A DNA stretch of 63,997 bases, filler included, from Asterionella formosa (Eukaryota): NCBI GenBank assembly GCA_002256025.1. It is 8 parts of 8 records of this genome, joined end to end, with 100 filler letters (N's around TTAATTAATTAA, not from the genome) between each part and the next. Parts side by side here need not be neighbours in the genome. Positions count along the whole stretch, not along the records: positions 16,201 to 24,193 come from NKIB01012345.1; positions 24,294 to 32,282 come from NKIB01012346.1; positions 32,383 to 40,369 come from NKIB01012348.1; 5 more parts are not named here. One strand, 5' to 3'. Positions within the stretch are counted from its first letter, which is position 1; every line of letters begins with the position of its first letter. The translations under genes and the position numbers were made by a program. Under the pieces are notes generated by a model. That model saw only the letters and a program-made list of their open reading frames with translations, was not told the DNA's origin and did no database searches. This document shows positions 23,718 to 36,560 of this stretch, one piece after another.

Positions 23718-24676
23718 CTTTGAATTCAAAAAGAGTCCAATTAGAATTAATATTGTTGATGTCCTCTCAAGTTCCAGTGGTCCCATTGATGAAGGATAAC
23801 AACATACTAAACATCAAGATTCAAACTTCTTTGTGTATCCTTACAAGCCAGGTCAACATTTGGAGTCTTACAGCAAAGATATGATCAATTGACGCTCAGG
23901 GGAAGCTTGTTTATTGATTTCAGTAAATCCTGTGGTATGGCTTACACATATATCTTCAGTCCAGCAAATTTCTTGCTTGTTCACCTACTGCTACAAAAGA
24001 TGACTCATAGATATCGTCTTGTCTGACTGGATGAGCGTTGCAATACACTCAGATGCTCAGTCCCACCATAACAGTCTCAACAAGAAAGTCATAGTGATGT
24101 GGCTGGAAGATTACCTTCTTCATGATATCTCTGAGAGTCAATAACAGTGGCTGGATGCCATGATATTACTCAATAAAATATTTCAACATGTTTNNNNNNN
24201 NNNNNNNNNNNNNNNNNNNNNNNNNNNNNNNNNNNNNTTAATTAATTAANNNNNNNNNNNNNNNNNNNNNNNNNNNNNNNNNNNNNNNNNNNNTTCAATC
24301 ACTTGGAGGAGAAAGCACTCATTTAGTCAGTATTGTCAACCCAACAATCAAAGATCCTGATATATTCCCTTGACCTACCTTGGCTTATTTCGTTCACCTT
24401 TGGTATGTATTTTCAGTACCAGGTACCAGGTACCATGGACCACAGTCAGAGACAATCCAACCAATAAAAATGATGCAGAAAAAAATGCTGAACTACAGTA
24501 TCACGCACTGATGGGCAATATTCCCGCCCTCTCGTCTGTTCCACTTCGCTTTCCACCTGGTTCACGATCCGATAAAACTCTCGGCTAACCCTTGATCAAT
24601 TCCATCCATTCCTTCCATTCCTCTCCTTCTATTCAACTTGCAACCATCATCTTCCTGTCCACACGTTATTTATACC

Positions 24677-25724
24677 ATGGTATCAGCCAGTACTATCGTT
24701 TTGGAATGGATTTGCCCGGCACTTGGCGTGGTCATGGCGAACATTATGTTTTTAGGTGAGACGTGCGAGTCAGCCACAAGTCGAGGGTGAGGCAAAGGAA
24801 TCTCACGTGTTTGAACCAGCAGCATTGCTCACACATTCACACACAGCCCCTGTAAAGGCCCTCCGACAAGCCGTTTCCAGGGGACAATTGGGAGATTTGA
24901 ATCCAACTCCCTGGGCCTTCATGCTGGGGAATTGTTTGGGATGGATCGCTTATAGTTTCCTCTTGCAAAATCTTTTTATATTCTTTGCAAATGCACCGGG
25001 ATTTCTGCTGGCGGTGTGGTTCAACCTATGTGCCGCAAAACTTCAGTATCAAACGCACAGAGCCACCGAGATGCGACGCTCTCTCGTTCAACTCGTAGAA
25101 GAGGAACAATCCAAAGAGTTTACACGCAGTGGGACTCTATCCGACAAAAACGAAGGTACGTCGCCCGACGCTACAATGGTGTTGGGAGAATTTGCCAAGA
25201 CCGTTCTGCAAGTCACTACCCAAGAAATGACGGCACCTGCTCCGCATGAAAATTTGGTGGTGGCTATTGTTGTGATTTGGACTGCGACTCTGTCTATCCT
25301 AGGATTTGCTAGCACCTTGGACGAACGCACGAAGGAACTTATCGTGGGGTTTCTCGTGAATGTCAACGTCATGTTCTTCTATGGAGCACCTCTTTCCAAG
25401 ATATTCACGGTTCTCAAGACGAAATCATCCTCGTCCATTCATATTCCGACCATGGTTACCAACACATTGAACGCTGTCTTTTGGACCGCCTATGGGTCGG
25501 CTGTCGCTGATCCCTTTTTGTATGTGCCGAACGGCATGGGCGCTTTATTTGGTGGTTGTCAAATCTTGCTCTTGGTACTCTTTCCGAGAAAGAAAATGGC
25601 AGATCTGAAAGAGGCAAAGATTGACGAGGGGGTCAAAAGCATTGATGTGGAAAGTACAGGAAGTCAAGTCGAGACTGCCGACACTGGGGTCGGGACTACA
25701 AAGCAAGTTGAGCCGCAAGAATGA
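24677..25724 (+). CDS. SWEET: SWEET/MtN3-family sugar transporter, 318 aa; exons 24677-24755 and 24847-25724
   Basis: Exon 1 MVSASTIVLEWICPALGVVMANIMFL, then a 91-nt GTGAG...ACAG intron, gives MFLAPVKAL...LNPTPW...NCLGWIAY...NAPG. Second MtN3 repeat: FYGAPLSKI..V.KTKSS.SI.......N...W..YG....D.F..VPNG.G. Confidence 0.93.
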
Positions 25725-25920
25725 AAGCTTGATAAACCGGCCTCGTTCAAAGAATTTTGCTGTGTAAAGAGTTTTCTGTATCACGATAGGGATATTTTAC
25801 TTTTACTTTAAACAACACGAGCTGGCACCAGGCACTGACTTTACACTCTTCCAGACTGTCGTGTTGAGAGCTGGAGATCTATTCTATAATTTCAAATGGA
25901 AGGGGAAGGATGGGGCATGG

Positions 25921-28263
25921 CTAGCAGTTATAAAAGTTCCAAGGTCGTGGACTCAACACTCGTACACGTCCTTGTTTGGTACCATAAACAAATCCATAAC
26001 CAGAGTCTGGATGAAATCGGGCAATGTTAACATCATCGTCGCCACTAAGCATTGTGGACACCTGTGTCATTCCACCGCGAACTCGATAAAGGGCTGTTAC
26101 GGGGTGAAGCCCGCTGTCTTCTCCATTCTCATTTAGTGGTTCTCGTACTCCGTAACCCAATAAGCAGAACTCGGACGACGGGGAAAATTTCACGCAAGTT
26201 ACAGCTGAGGCCTTGGCTCCGTCCAATGGGCAGGCCTCAAGTAATTGACCAAGTCGAGGCCGATGACCTCGAGCGACAGAGGCAATAAGTCCTCGTTGCT
26301 CTGTCGGTACGGTACTGGTAGCTGCTAGGGGTGATGTGTCCAAACTCACGGTCACAACATGTGGGACATACCGACCCGGTAGAGACGAGACATACTGCGA
26401 AACATCCACCATGGACACTCCCATAATAACGGAAAGTGGATGTGGTGGTCGAACCGGGGCGACTGTCAAATCATGCGGATCTACGCCTTGTTGGGATGGG
26501 GGCATTCCTGGGTGTCCACGGCCATTAGTGTTGCCATTGCGGTTGGATCCAAGTCCACCAGGAAAGCGACGACCAGGAGGCGAAGGGGGCGACAGCGGCA
26601 TTAGTGAGCGTGACGGATTGGGCGGAGTCAACGGCAGCGGCATTCCTGCACGTTGACGTGGTGGTGGTATTGATGCTGTGAAAGTAGATGCTCGCTCTCT
26701 TGGAGGAGACTGAAACGAGACTCCATTCGGCATCGTCGTGAATGGACACTCCGCCTTTGCTATCGGAGGTGACGACACATCGCCTTCTGATTTGCTCTTC
26801 ACTAATGAACTCTGCAGGGATATCTTCGTGTTTATAGGGGAAGCAATGATTTCTTCTTCTACAGAATAATCTGGATCATCATCTTCACTTCGTTGCGCAA
26901 ATATTTCCTCTTCCTTTTCCAGCAACTCTATTGCACTGTTGACACCATCAGGTAACCAATATTCGGCACAGGCACATAGCACTTTTCCATCTGGGGAAAC
27001 ATCAAATCCTCCGTCATTATAAAGCATGGCCCTAGGAATTATTGTTCGGGGCTAGAGACAAATTTGGAATTGAGTGCACTTTGTTGACAAGGCCCTACAT
27101 GAACTAGGAGGATAACGAGCGACAAGACTGAAAACAATAACTACAAGCCATATTGCACACAGACACACCGAGCCACTCACATTTCCCATTGACTTTCTCC
27201 GAATGGTAGAGGTTTGTAATACCCCAGTCTCGGGGTGCAAGGCTACGTCAAGGTCAAAGTCCCATAGCTTCAAGTAAAATGAGATAGCTCCTGTCGGAAT
27301 CCTGCCTTGCCGATTTTCGTTGGGATTCATCCCACCCACAATAACCGACTTTCCGTTCGGCGGAAAATGCACACACCTTAACATGTGCCGTTGTTCCACT
27401 TCCGTAAGTACACCTCGTGTTGATTTTCGGCCCTGGTCATCTAGACGCCCCCCTGCGTTGTCATAGTCCCAAAAGTGCAAGCGAGTGCCGCTGGCGATGG
27501 CAAGTATGTGTCCGGATGGATGAAAGGATAGACTTATGATAGCATAATCCAACCTAATCATTTGTAAGCACTGGCCTTGCTCCCAGTTCCAAACCCTAAC
27601 TTGAAAACCAAGACAGCCACTTGCCAGAATCTCCGGGGACAGTGGATGGTACTTGACAGTCCACGGTGTTCTCGGATGTCCTTCTAGGCTCTTTAACAGT
27701 ACCCCCGTCGAGCAGCACGTAATCTTAACAGAGTGGTCTCCATGCGTGGACGCCATAGTTCTCGCATCTGGTGAAAACGCGACACTAATGGTTGAAACAG
27801 CCTTGGAGGACGACGGGCGTTCCCCAGTAGCATCCCGGACATCGTCGCCGCCCAAGTGTTTAAAAAAAGCTGTTTGAAATGCAGTAACAGACACGTATTC
27901 CGCAAACGACTGAATTTCCGATAGCAGAGGAGCCGGGTAGGCCGATCTTGATCGAATGGCCGCACTCGTGTCGTCGCCTTGTTCGTCGCTCCGCTTTCGC
28001 TTCGGGGAGGTAACCTCAGCAGCCAGCACTGTATACCTGCATCCTCGCACTTCTCGCTGGCACAGAACGTCCAAAATGTTGCGACCATTCCGCGCGTGTG
28101 AATGTATTCTCCTGTGGAGCAAGGATTCTCCTTCGATCGTCTTGCGAAAGGCCCATCGTTGCCGTAGTTGAGCGAGGGAGGGATGCTCCAGAATCAGGTC
28201 AGGTGCCTCGCGGCTTGATCCCGAAAGCCCCATGAAGTCTTCCCAATCGAAGGAACCATTCAT
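25921..28263 (-). CDS. AMBRA1: AMBRA1-like split WD40 protein (DCAF-type); exons 28263-27181 and 27051-25921
   Basis: AFSPDARTMASTHGDH..KI......L.GHPRTPWTVKYHP...LASGCLG..VRVW and LYNDGGFDVSPDG match the N- and C-terminal AMBRA1 WD40 halves. A 129-nt GTGAG...CTAG intron restores the frame. Start taken at MNGSFDWEDF. Confidence 0.85.
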
Positions 28264-28867
28264 GCTGCCACTGCCTACTATTGAAGTGGGCGCTGCGGCA
28301 AGACAAGACGACAAAAACACGACCTCAACGTTGATGTTCCTCTTCAGTCTTTGTTCTGTTTCGTCGGCACTGCCATGACAGCGCCAGGAATTTGATTGAA
28401 CAAGAATACATTAGCATTACAAAAAGCGGCAATTCTAGGAATAGTTTATAATATAGAATAACTACGGTATATTTCGGTGAATAAATAAGCAAAACTAAAC
28501 TAACATTATGTGAATACTGGCACAGACGTACAATATTCGGTAGCTGGATCACAGGTTGCGTCAGGCAGATATGCTGTATCTAGTGCTGTGTAAGCTACTT
28601 ACGTACTGGTACCAGGTACTCCATCTAGTAGAAAGGAAGACAGCAGGGCGGAGCGAACAAAAATGGGGAGAGATCCTTACCACTAATTAATCGCTAGTGC
28701 CGGTACCAGGGTACCTGGTACCAGGTACCAGGTAGCGTAATACCCATCAGGTAAAGAACAACGCACAGAAGTGGTGGGATCAGCGGTCGTACATGTACGT
28801 GGTAAGTATCAGACGATACAGTATAAATGCTACTGGTACTCGCTGTAAAATTTTAGGGGGACCAGGC

Positions 28868-29330
28868 TGAAGTATCTAACTAGAAGTAGTACTTGTTGAA
28901 TAAATGAGCTTATTAGTTAATCCTTTGTGAAACTCGTTCTAGGTTGACACTAAAAGTATTCAATAGGTGTTATTTGAGTTCTCTCCTAATGATAGAGTTC
29001 TGATATAATCTATGAAACCCTAACCCTATAAGTGTGTGTGTAATTGAGTGGGATCGCTCACTCACCCACACTACCAGTAAGGGAAAACCTTTCACCAATG
29101 AAAAGGTTAGATATAACAAATATAAATTTCTTCAGTAATATGCAATTGTTGAAAAGTGACTGTGCCATTGGCATGTATTTGAATAATAGTATAAGAACCT
29201 TGTTGTCCACAATCATCCAAGGTAGTTCTTGGATTATGCAATAGGATCAGAATCTCGTCGCCAACTTTGTAATCACAAGACCAATTGAGTTTGGGAGAAT
29301 CCTGTCATATAAAAGAATACTGACATGTAT
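28868..29330 (-). mobile_element. Gypsy-type 3' end: integrase C-terminus remnant plus 3' LTR (28868-29060)
   Basis: Minus strand reads HNP.TLDD...GSYTIIQIHANGTVTF, typical of gypsy pol C-termini, followed by the LTR shared with 23521 and 53627. Confidence 0.75.
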
Positions 29331-29953
29331 TTGAAGAAAAAGTATTTGTTGCATGTGAACATTTGATAAACTCAAATTATTAGGGACAAAACAGGTTCCA
29401 ATGCATTGTAATTTTGGGTTAAAGTACTTAAGGACTATTTTAGTTTAAACAAATGGACCCTACTTTAAGCAAACGAACATGAAGAAAATCTACTTCAAGC
29501 AAAACTTCGCTGAAGCCAAATTTTTTCTTTAACTGGACAAGCAAACATAGTCCTTTTTTCATTTGTACATGCTGCCTAGGATTGCAGTTACAAAGTCGTA
29601 TGTGGAATAAAATATAGCAAACTTATCGCAACTTGCTGGTACAGTACCAGGTAACTGGAAGGTCCAGTAATGCTTACCTTTTCAGTTACAATTTACTCCC
29701 AATGATTAGTCTCATGCCTGCCAGACAAAATACGCCAGCTTTCGATGAAATTAATATTCCTTAAGTAAGTTGCTTAGTAAAACGTTACTCATATTGACCG
29801 ATGATGATATGCAGAATCAAACTCTGAACAAGACTCAGATTTGCTGCCTTATCAACCGGTTCAGCAGATCGTCGTCTTGCTTCGGAATACAAATAGGAAT
29901 CATTCTACGTTTAGAACCTGCTGACAACGAAAAGAAGATGCTGACAACAATAG

Positions 29954-30172
29954 NNNNNNNNNNNNNNNNNNNNNNNNNNNNNNNNNNNNNNNNNNNNNNN
30001 NNNNNNNNNNNNNNNNNNNNNNNNNNNNNNNNNNNNNNNNNNNNNNNNNNNNNNNNNNNNNNNNNNNNNNNNNNNNNNNNNNNNNNNNNNNNNNNNNNNN
30101 NNNNNNNNNNNNNNNNNNNNNNNNNNNNNNNNNNNNNNNNNNNNNNNNNNNNNNNNNNNNNNNNNNNNNNNN
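29954..30172. other. Scaffold gap (219 N) inside a contig
   Basis: Run of N without the linker sequence. Confidence 0.95.
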
Positions 30173-32394
30173 TTTGTATCCCCTGATAGCAATGGTAATA
30201 CTGCTAGCTATGTATGAACATCTATACTAAAGTTATATCTATAGACATAATAGCAGTCATTATAACGCCTGATGCAACAGCATACCAGGAACCAGCATAT
30301 CACATATACCGGTACTATCATGGTTACATAGGACATATTCTTTAGGGTACCCGAGGTAGGCCTTTAAGAAGCTGGTATATAATTATTTAGCTTAGATGTT
30401 GCGATTTTTTTCTATATATAAAACGCTACAGTGTAGTTGTTGTTAGCGGCTGGAGAATTCTGCATCATGCCATTTCCGCCTTGACCATGACGAAAAAAAT
30501 GAATATCTCCATGGAAAATGAGAACGACGCTATGAGTTTTGGTACATATATCATGCATGATGTATACAATACAATCGTAGAAGAATCATTGTGATATCAC
30601 TAATAATGACAACGAAAATTGAAGTCGCCATTGGCTCACTGCTTCACATAGTTTAGGCACCAATGCACAATTCAAAATGACGAAGATAAGAAAAGATTTT
30701 AAAACTTTAACAGTATGCAACACGCTACACTGCGGTAATCTGTAGGTCGAATTTTTTTGTTTGATTTGCCATTGAACGATAACAAATAATAGACCATTGA
30801 TATTTTCAAAATGACTCTTTTGTTTACAAGTACTGATCCCCAGTTGGTGACTCCATATATGACTAGAAATTTACTGGCAATGACTAGAACTTGCTGACAA
30901 CTACTAGATGGTACTGAGCGATTTGTGAACTCTATAGTAACCAAACCGTCTTTCACCTGAATACTATTACCAGTAGAAGTAAGTGAACATGACTTGGATT
31001 TAATTAATGATAATTCAACGGCCCAGAAAGGTAGCTAGTATGTAAGAGAGTTTGGAATGGAAAGACAGCTTAAGAACCTTTCCGTAGGCATGAGACGAAT
31101 CATTGGGAGTAGTTAGAAATCAACTCGGTGAGTAGTATGAGTACGGATTACAATTTACGATTCAATATTCTGTTGAAAATCTTAGTAGTTTCACTTGTGT
31201 GCTTTCTAAAAGAGTGAGCTTAAACTAAATGTAATTTTGAAATGTAGTTTTGATTGAAACATGGCAACTCCTACATGTTTCTGAAATGAATTTGTTCTTT
31301 GTTCCTTGGAGGCGAGGTTCGTCGTAGTTCCTACAGCTGTAGCGAAGTAGATTACATCCTCTTCCTTGTAATATATATATCCATCTAGCCTAGATAGATT
31401 CTAGGGCATAGATGTTCCTTTACTGAGATACTTCTTTCAGGTATCTGCGTTATGATGATTGGATTGTTTCTCAATCCTTTAATGGGATGATTGTTCTTCA
31501 ATCCTTTGGACAGAACTGATTTGTCTCTCCAATCACTCGTAGTTTAGGGCTTACCAAGCTTGTTTGGTAAACATAGGGAAAACTTGATAGAATTCGCCCT
31601 TCAACATTGTTCTTCATCAAATTTCTGAAGGTTTTTTGACCTTGGTACCTAATTGTGCGTTGTTCCATCAAACACAACGACTAGTAGGGAAATGTTGTCT
31701 TCACATAAAAGTGGAGACCTAACTGGGAATCGGGAATCAAGAATTCTTCTGTGTTTCAACTGGTGTGAGTCGAAACTGAAAAAGTGCGCGTAAAACATGC
31801 ACCAAGGGGGGGGGGGCTTTCTGGTACGTTGTACTCAAAATACCACCTAAGAACTGAGACTCAAAGTTTGGAAGATTTTGAATTGAGAATCGGTGGAAGA
31901 ATGCCATATGGCGCTATTTCTGAAGTTATCCTTGCTGAACAGAAAATTTACCCTGGAAACTATTCATCAAGTAAAAAATCAATAAAAGAAAACTGCACAG
32001 CTTTAATTATACTGGTACTACTACTTGTTATCCTGTTGTAGGTGCTGCTTCTGCGATTCCTTCCATATCAATATCAACCACACTTTCAACATTGACATAG
32101 TAATATGAATATGGAACACACTCCCCCCCCTCGTTTCATCCCGAAATTCAAACAACCAGGACAAATCTGAAACCCATCTATGAATTTCTCACAGCAGCAA
32201 CCACAAACACACTCCCAGGTGAATTGAATCTCCGATCTGGCTATGCTGGTAATGACTCCTGAGAGAGAGGTTCCGGTTTTTTNNNNNNNNNNNNNNNNNN
32301 NNNNNNNNNNNNNNNNNNNNNNNNNNTTAATTAATTAANNNNNNNNNNNNNNNNNNNNNNNNNNNNNNNNNNNNNNNNNNNNTTAAATTTCCAT

Positions 32395-32527
32395 AGTCAA
32401 AAGGGTTACTATTTAAATTACGAGGGCATTTATCAAAATAATTAGATGATATAACGAAAAATTACAATCAGATGGTCATAACCCAATGATTGATGATAGG
32501 AATATGATGGTTTTTATTGGCAGACGG
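32395..32527 (+). repeat. Interspersed repeat; second copy at ~48659-48790
   Basis: TAGTCAAAAGGGTTACTATTTAAATTAC...GCAGACG is shared with 48659-48790. Confidence 0.8.
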
Positions 32528-32949
32528 AATTTTTTCAAGTTGTTGTGTCGATTCTTGTACCTACAGGTCAGGGGCAGATTTAATTAAGCCCCTCAATAAA
32601 TGGAAGTCATCACCAATTTTTCAAATGCTGGTCTAAATCATACATTTATGAATATAGACATATTGACCATATACATTCGAAAAATTCACATGGCCTAGTA
32701 CTGGCTGTATACTTGCTGAGTATTACTTCTATCATGGGATTATCAAAGTAGTGCAGCAGAAAACTGAATATCATGTGTTTAGGATTGTTTGATCATATTT
32801 TAACATCAATTTATCCTTGTTCCTGAAATTATGTTTTAATCTTTCATTTTCGCATCAATGACCACACCGTTTATCATATGATCAATATGTTACGATCAAA
32901 GGTATAGGATGAACAAATCAAACTTTATTGATTAAAGATCATACTTTAT

Positions 32950-34800
32950 GTCGGAGTAGCTGCTCACATGCATACATGACTCCTGCTTGTATACACAGTG
33001 TGAAAATGATGACCAGACTACCAGACCTATGGTTCTTGTAGAATTATCGCAACATGGCTGGCTGCATATCTAATGAAAGGGAGGAGTCATCCATGCACCT
33101 GTATATGAAATATGGAAATGATTGATTATACACAAGTGATCATGTACGCCCCGTTATTTTAATTCCTATGAAATCATCTCTTGATCTATTCTACGCTTTT
33201 TCGCCACAATTGTGCTGTTTTCATTGTTTCACTGCTGGACAGCATTCGAAATAATTGGCTTCGAACGAAGCAATGATCAAAGACCACCCGATTGCAGAAT
33301 GATGAGTCATGACAACCAAATAAATGGTTGATCACTGGGCAGTGCTTTGGAAGACTCAGTGAATTCGGTCAGTGAGAGGTTCCGGTTTTTTATTCCAAGC
33401 GCCACAATAAATTTTCAATCGGAGGAAATCAGCCTTGGATGGTTGTTCAAGAGAGACTGGGCAATTTGATTTAAGGAAAGCTGGACGTATAAGAACGCGG
33501 ATCCTGTGAGATGAATAAGACAGAAATCTAGGTTCTGGAATATGCAGTGGGAGGCACCCTTTTTCGGCTTTATTAATCCTTTCAATGTTCTTGGCCATGG
33601 AAACGCAGGCTGTAAATTTGATAAAAACTTATAGGTCCATTTTGAAACAGCTCAAATAGTAGAATCGTCATCACAGATGATTGTAGAGTAGATTCCATGC
33701 ATTGTACTTAGCCACTGCATCAACCATCATTTCCAAACCTGCATCTGGTTTCATTCTTGCCTTCGAACTACCAGTGACGTGATTCTTGAGGCAACAATGT
33801 TTCTTGATTGGCTTCTTTTACCAGGTAGCTCTGTTGCACACATTACAGATCTTTTTCGTTTAGCCACCAATACAAAACGCATGTCCACTTGTGGAGTTGT
33901 ACTTGTTCCCGCTTGATTGCTGCTGCCAGCCCATATCATAAAAAACTATCAGGTGCGGCATATTATACAGCATAGCAGTACAGTCGGTATCACTTATGTA
34001 GTGATTTCCACCATTGGAAATCACATCCTTGATCCGCCTAATTGACTCGTTCATGAACATCAAGTGTCTGATATATTTCTGCATGGCTGACATGCCTCTT
34101 CCATCGCAAGAGCTGCTGTTTCTACTTGTGCCTTTCCAAATAACTCTTCCACAACACAGAAATTTCCTTGCATTCTTGACCAGTACCCAACTGGAATTGG
34201 TAAGTTGATTGCAGAGCAAATGATGTCTGCGTTGCCAGGTCCCATTCCCGCCTCATGAGAACCCAAAATAGACCGTTTGTTGATTGAAAAGGTTTTTGCT
34301 TCTATTTCCTTATTTGTTATCTCAACATTGTCTTCGGCGTTCTTGCTTCTTGTAGATTCGAGTTTAGATATCACTTTCTGACAGGTCAAACAGACGATTT
34401 GTATTTCGCTTGATAACCCGAAATTCTCAGCGGACACAACAATCAATGGTTGCGGTATGCACGGGATTGCGGAGTCTAGCAAAGCTTGTTCCAAAAAGGA
34501 TTCACATTTCTTGTTCAGCCATGCTACTGTGATAGGCCCTATTGCTATCAAGGTAAGTTACAAAGTCAAGAACTGTTTGCTTACAATATTCTTTGACATA
34601 TGCATTAACACAAATCTTGCAAATCACATCTTCATTCAGCATTTTGGTGAATGAATTACAGTCAAGAAAGTGGTTTCTGTTTGCTTTTCAGAAGGTTGTT
34701 GTTCATGTTGGTGTGTAGTAGTCGCTTTGATTGTAGGGGGAGGATGAGAAAATGCTGTTGGTGACAGCCACTACCGACTCTGATTGTCATCGCCGATTCT
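32950..34800 (-). mobile_element. Degenerate Kolobok-type DDE transposase
   Basis: Across stops and frameshifts: C..C, INKRSILGSHEAGMG...INLP, YDMGWQQ.SSGNKYNS.SGHAF.IG..TKKI, H.C.KN..GSSKA.MKP, IICDDDS, EP.FL...SHR.R. This is the motif order of Kolobok (Mutator-like) transposases. Boundaries are approximate and TIRs were not found. Confidence 0.75.
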
Positions 34801-35034
34801 ATTTCGACGTCCATGTCCACCAGTTCCAATCTGAGACACAAGACGGCTACCTCTGGAATGCGTCATATTGCTGTTATGTCTTAAAAAATAGAAATGAATT
34901 CGATTTGTTACATAAGAATCAACGCAAAGAATGCATGCCACCTCATTTCCAATAGATATTGAAATGACATACGTAGGTGGGTTGAAGTATAAATTCTATT
35001 AAAATGAATGAAAATAGTAAAATTGTAAAACAAA

Positions 35035-35495
35035 CTAATCACTATTAGATTGAGAGCGTTTACAAACAGGTTTGAAGCCAGTGTACATGTCGTTTGGGTC
35101 CTTGTTTTTCAACAGGGATCAAACCCCCTTCAAACAACAGTCAGGAAGTTCCATCCGAACACCTCTTCCCAATGGTCCACAGAAAACTCTGATTAGCTAA
35201 AAAACTTGTACAGAAGATTGCAGGCTCTCGATGCTGTTATGTCTTCGTCCTTCACTCAGCTGAGAATGGATTCACCTTCCAAGAACTTTTCCACCAACTC
35301 TTCGACTTCATCCCATCAGCACTGGCATTCTCGCAACTAGCTAAAATCACAGCATTTGCAGAAGATGTGACTCTCACATCCCTCCAACAAAGCTGACTCT
35401 ACAATCAACCGGTCTTGGCATGTAGGACAACTATAATGACTGTAGTTGAATTTGTCATTGCCATTGTCATCATTGTGATGTGTAATTTTGCTCAT
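35035..35495 (-). pseudogene. KolX / P2X7-ballast-like Cys-rich ORF (pseudogene)
   Basis: MSKITH...CPTC...FCKCC...CQC*W...RACNLLYKFF (frameshift) GPLGRGVRMELPDCCLKGV*SLL...DPNDMYTGFK. Not in the ORF track because of in-frame stops. Confidence 0.7.
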
Positions 35496-36560
35496 GGTGG
35501 TTGATTGTTGTATTTTTTGTTTCTAGCTCATCAACAATATTTGATATGCTGCCAGCTCATGTGACACGACATATACATTGACTGTATTTTGGGTATATGT
35601 ACATCAAGCGATGTAGAATGTTTATAACAATATTTAGCGAATTCGAAAGGGAATCTATGTTCGTTTGCGCAATTTCGTCCACTAATTTAAATAGTTCAAA
35701 TGTAATCATGTCATTCAATTTCCTAAAATGCTTAGTTCCCCCAGGGGATTTCGACAACCCTAAGCAATATTTTCATTTTTGCCGTAGGGTTGAGGAGGGA
35801 CGTACCCCCAGACAAGCCACGAGGATGGGAATTGTTCCCCCGTACCAGTGTGTACGTAGGCTACAGGATAAATAAGTCCATACAGGCAGTATTGGACGAA
35901 ATAAGTCGTTGTCCACAGATGACTTCCACTTTCGACAACGGCTTTCTTCGCCTGCTCTCTATAGTGCTGGTACCGGTACCAGCTTACCAGGGACTTCAAC
36001 CAAGGTGGATGACCAGTACAAGGTAGCCCTACCTAGTACCTGGTACCAGTACCATCCCTGGTGAGTTCCCGTAACAAGGGATCATACCAAATGCGATGAC
36101 TGGTTACCTCTACCTGGTAGCATCAGGTAGTCGTGATATGATGAACTCGTGATTCACAGATGACCCTAGTACTATCTGTACACTCGTAATCGGCCACAGG
36201 TGACTTCAGACACTGATGGAAGTGACATTCTTCGCTAGCAGTGCAGGATGACCCTGAAAGGTGCCTTACAAAATTACTCCGAAACTGGCATCATGTACCA
36301 GCATGATACCGGTACTTGTTTACTAGAGACATTGCCCTACCGGTACATACAAATCCAATATTTCATAGGGTCCATATGCCATCTGGTAGGGTACCAGGTA
36401 CCTGGTACCAGGTACAAGTGACTATGAGCCAACGAGCCATACACACAACACGAATTGTACGCCAGTAACTCACATTTTAAGTTTCTATTAGTCCCCTTCA
36501 TCCACTTCATTGAGTACATATTTCTAATACACTATCCACCAAAACTCAACGCACTTTGCC

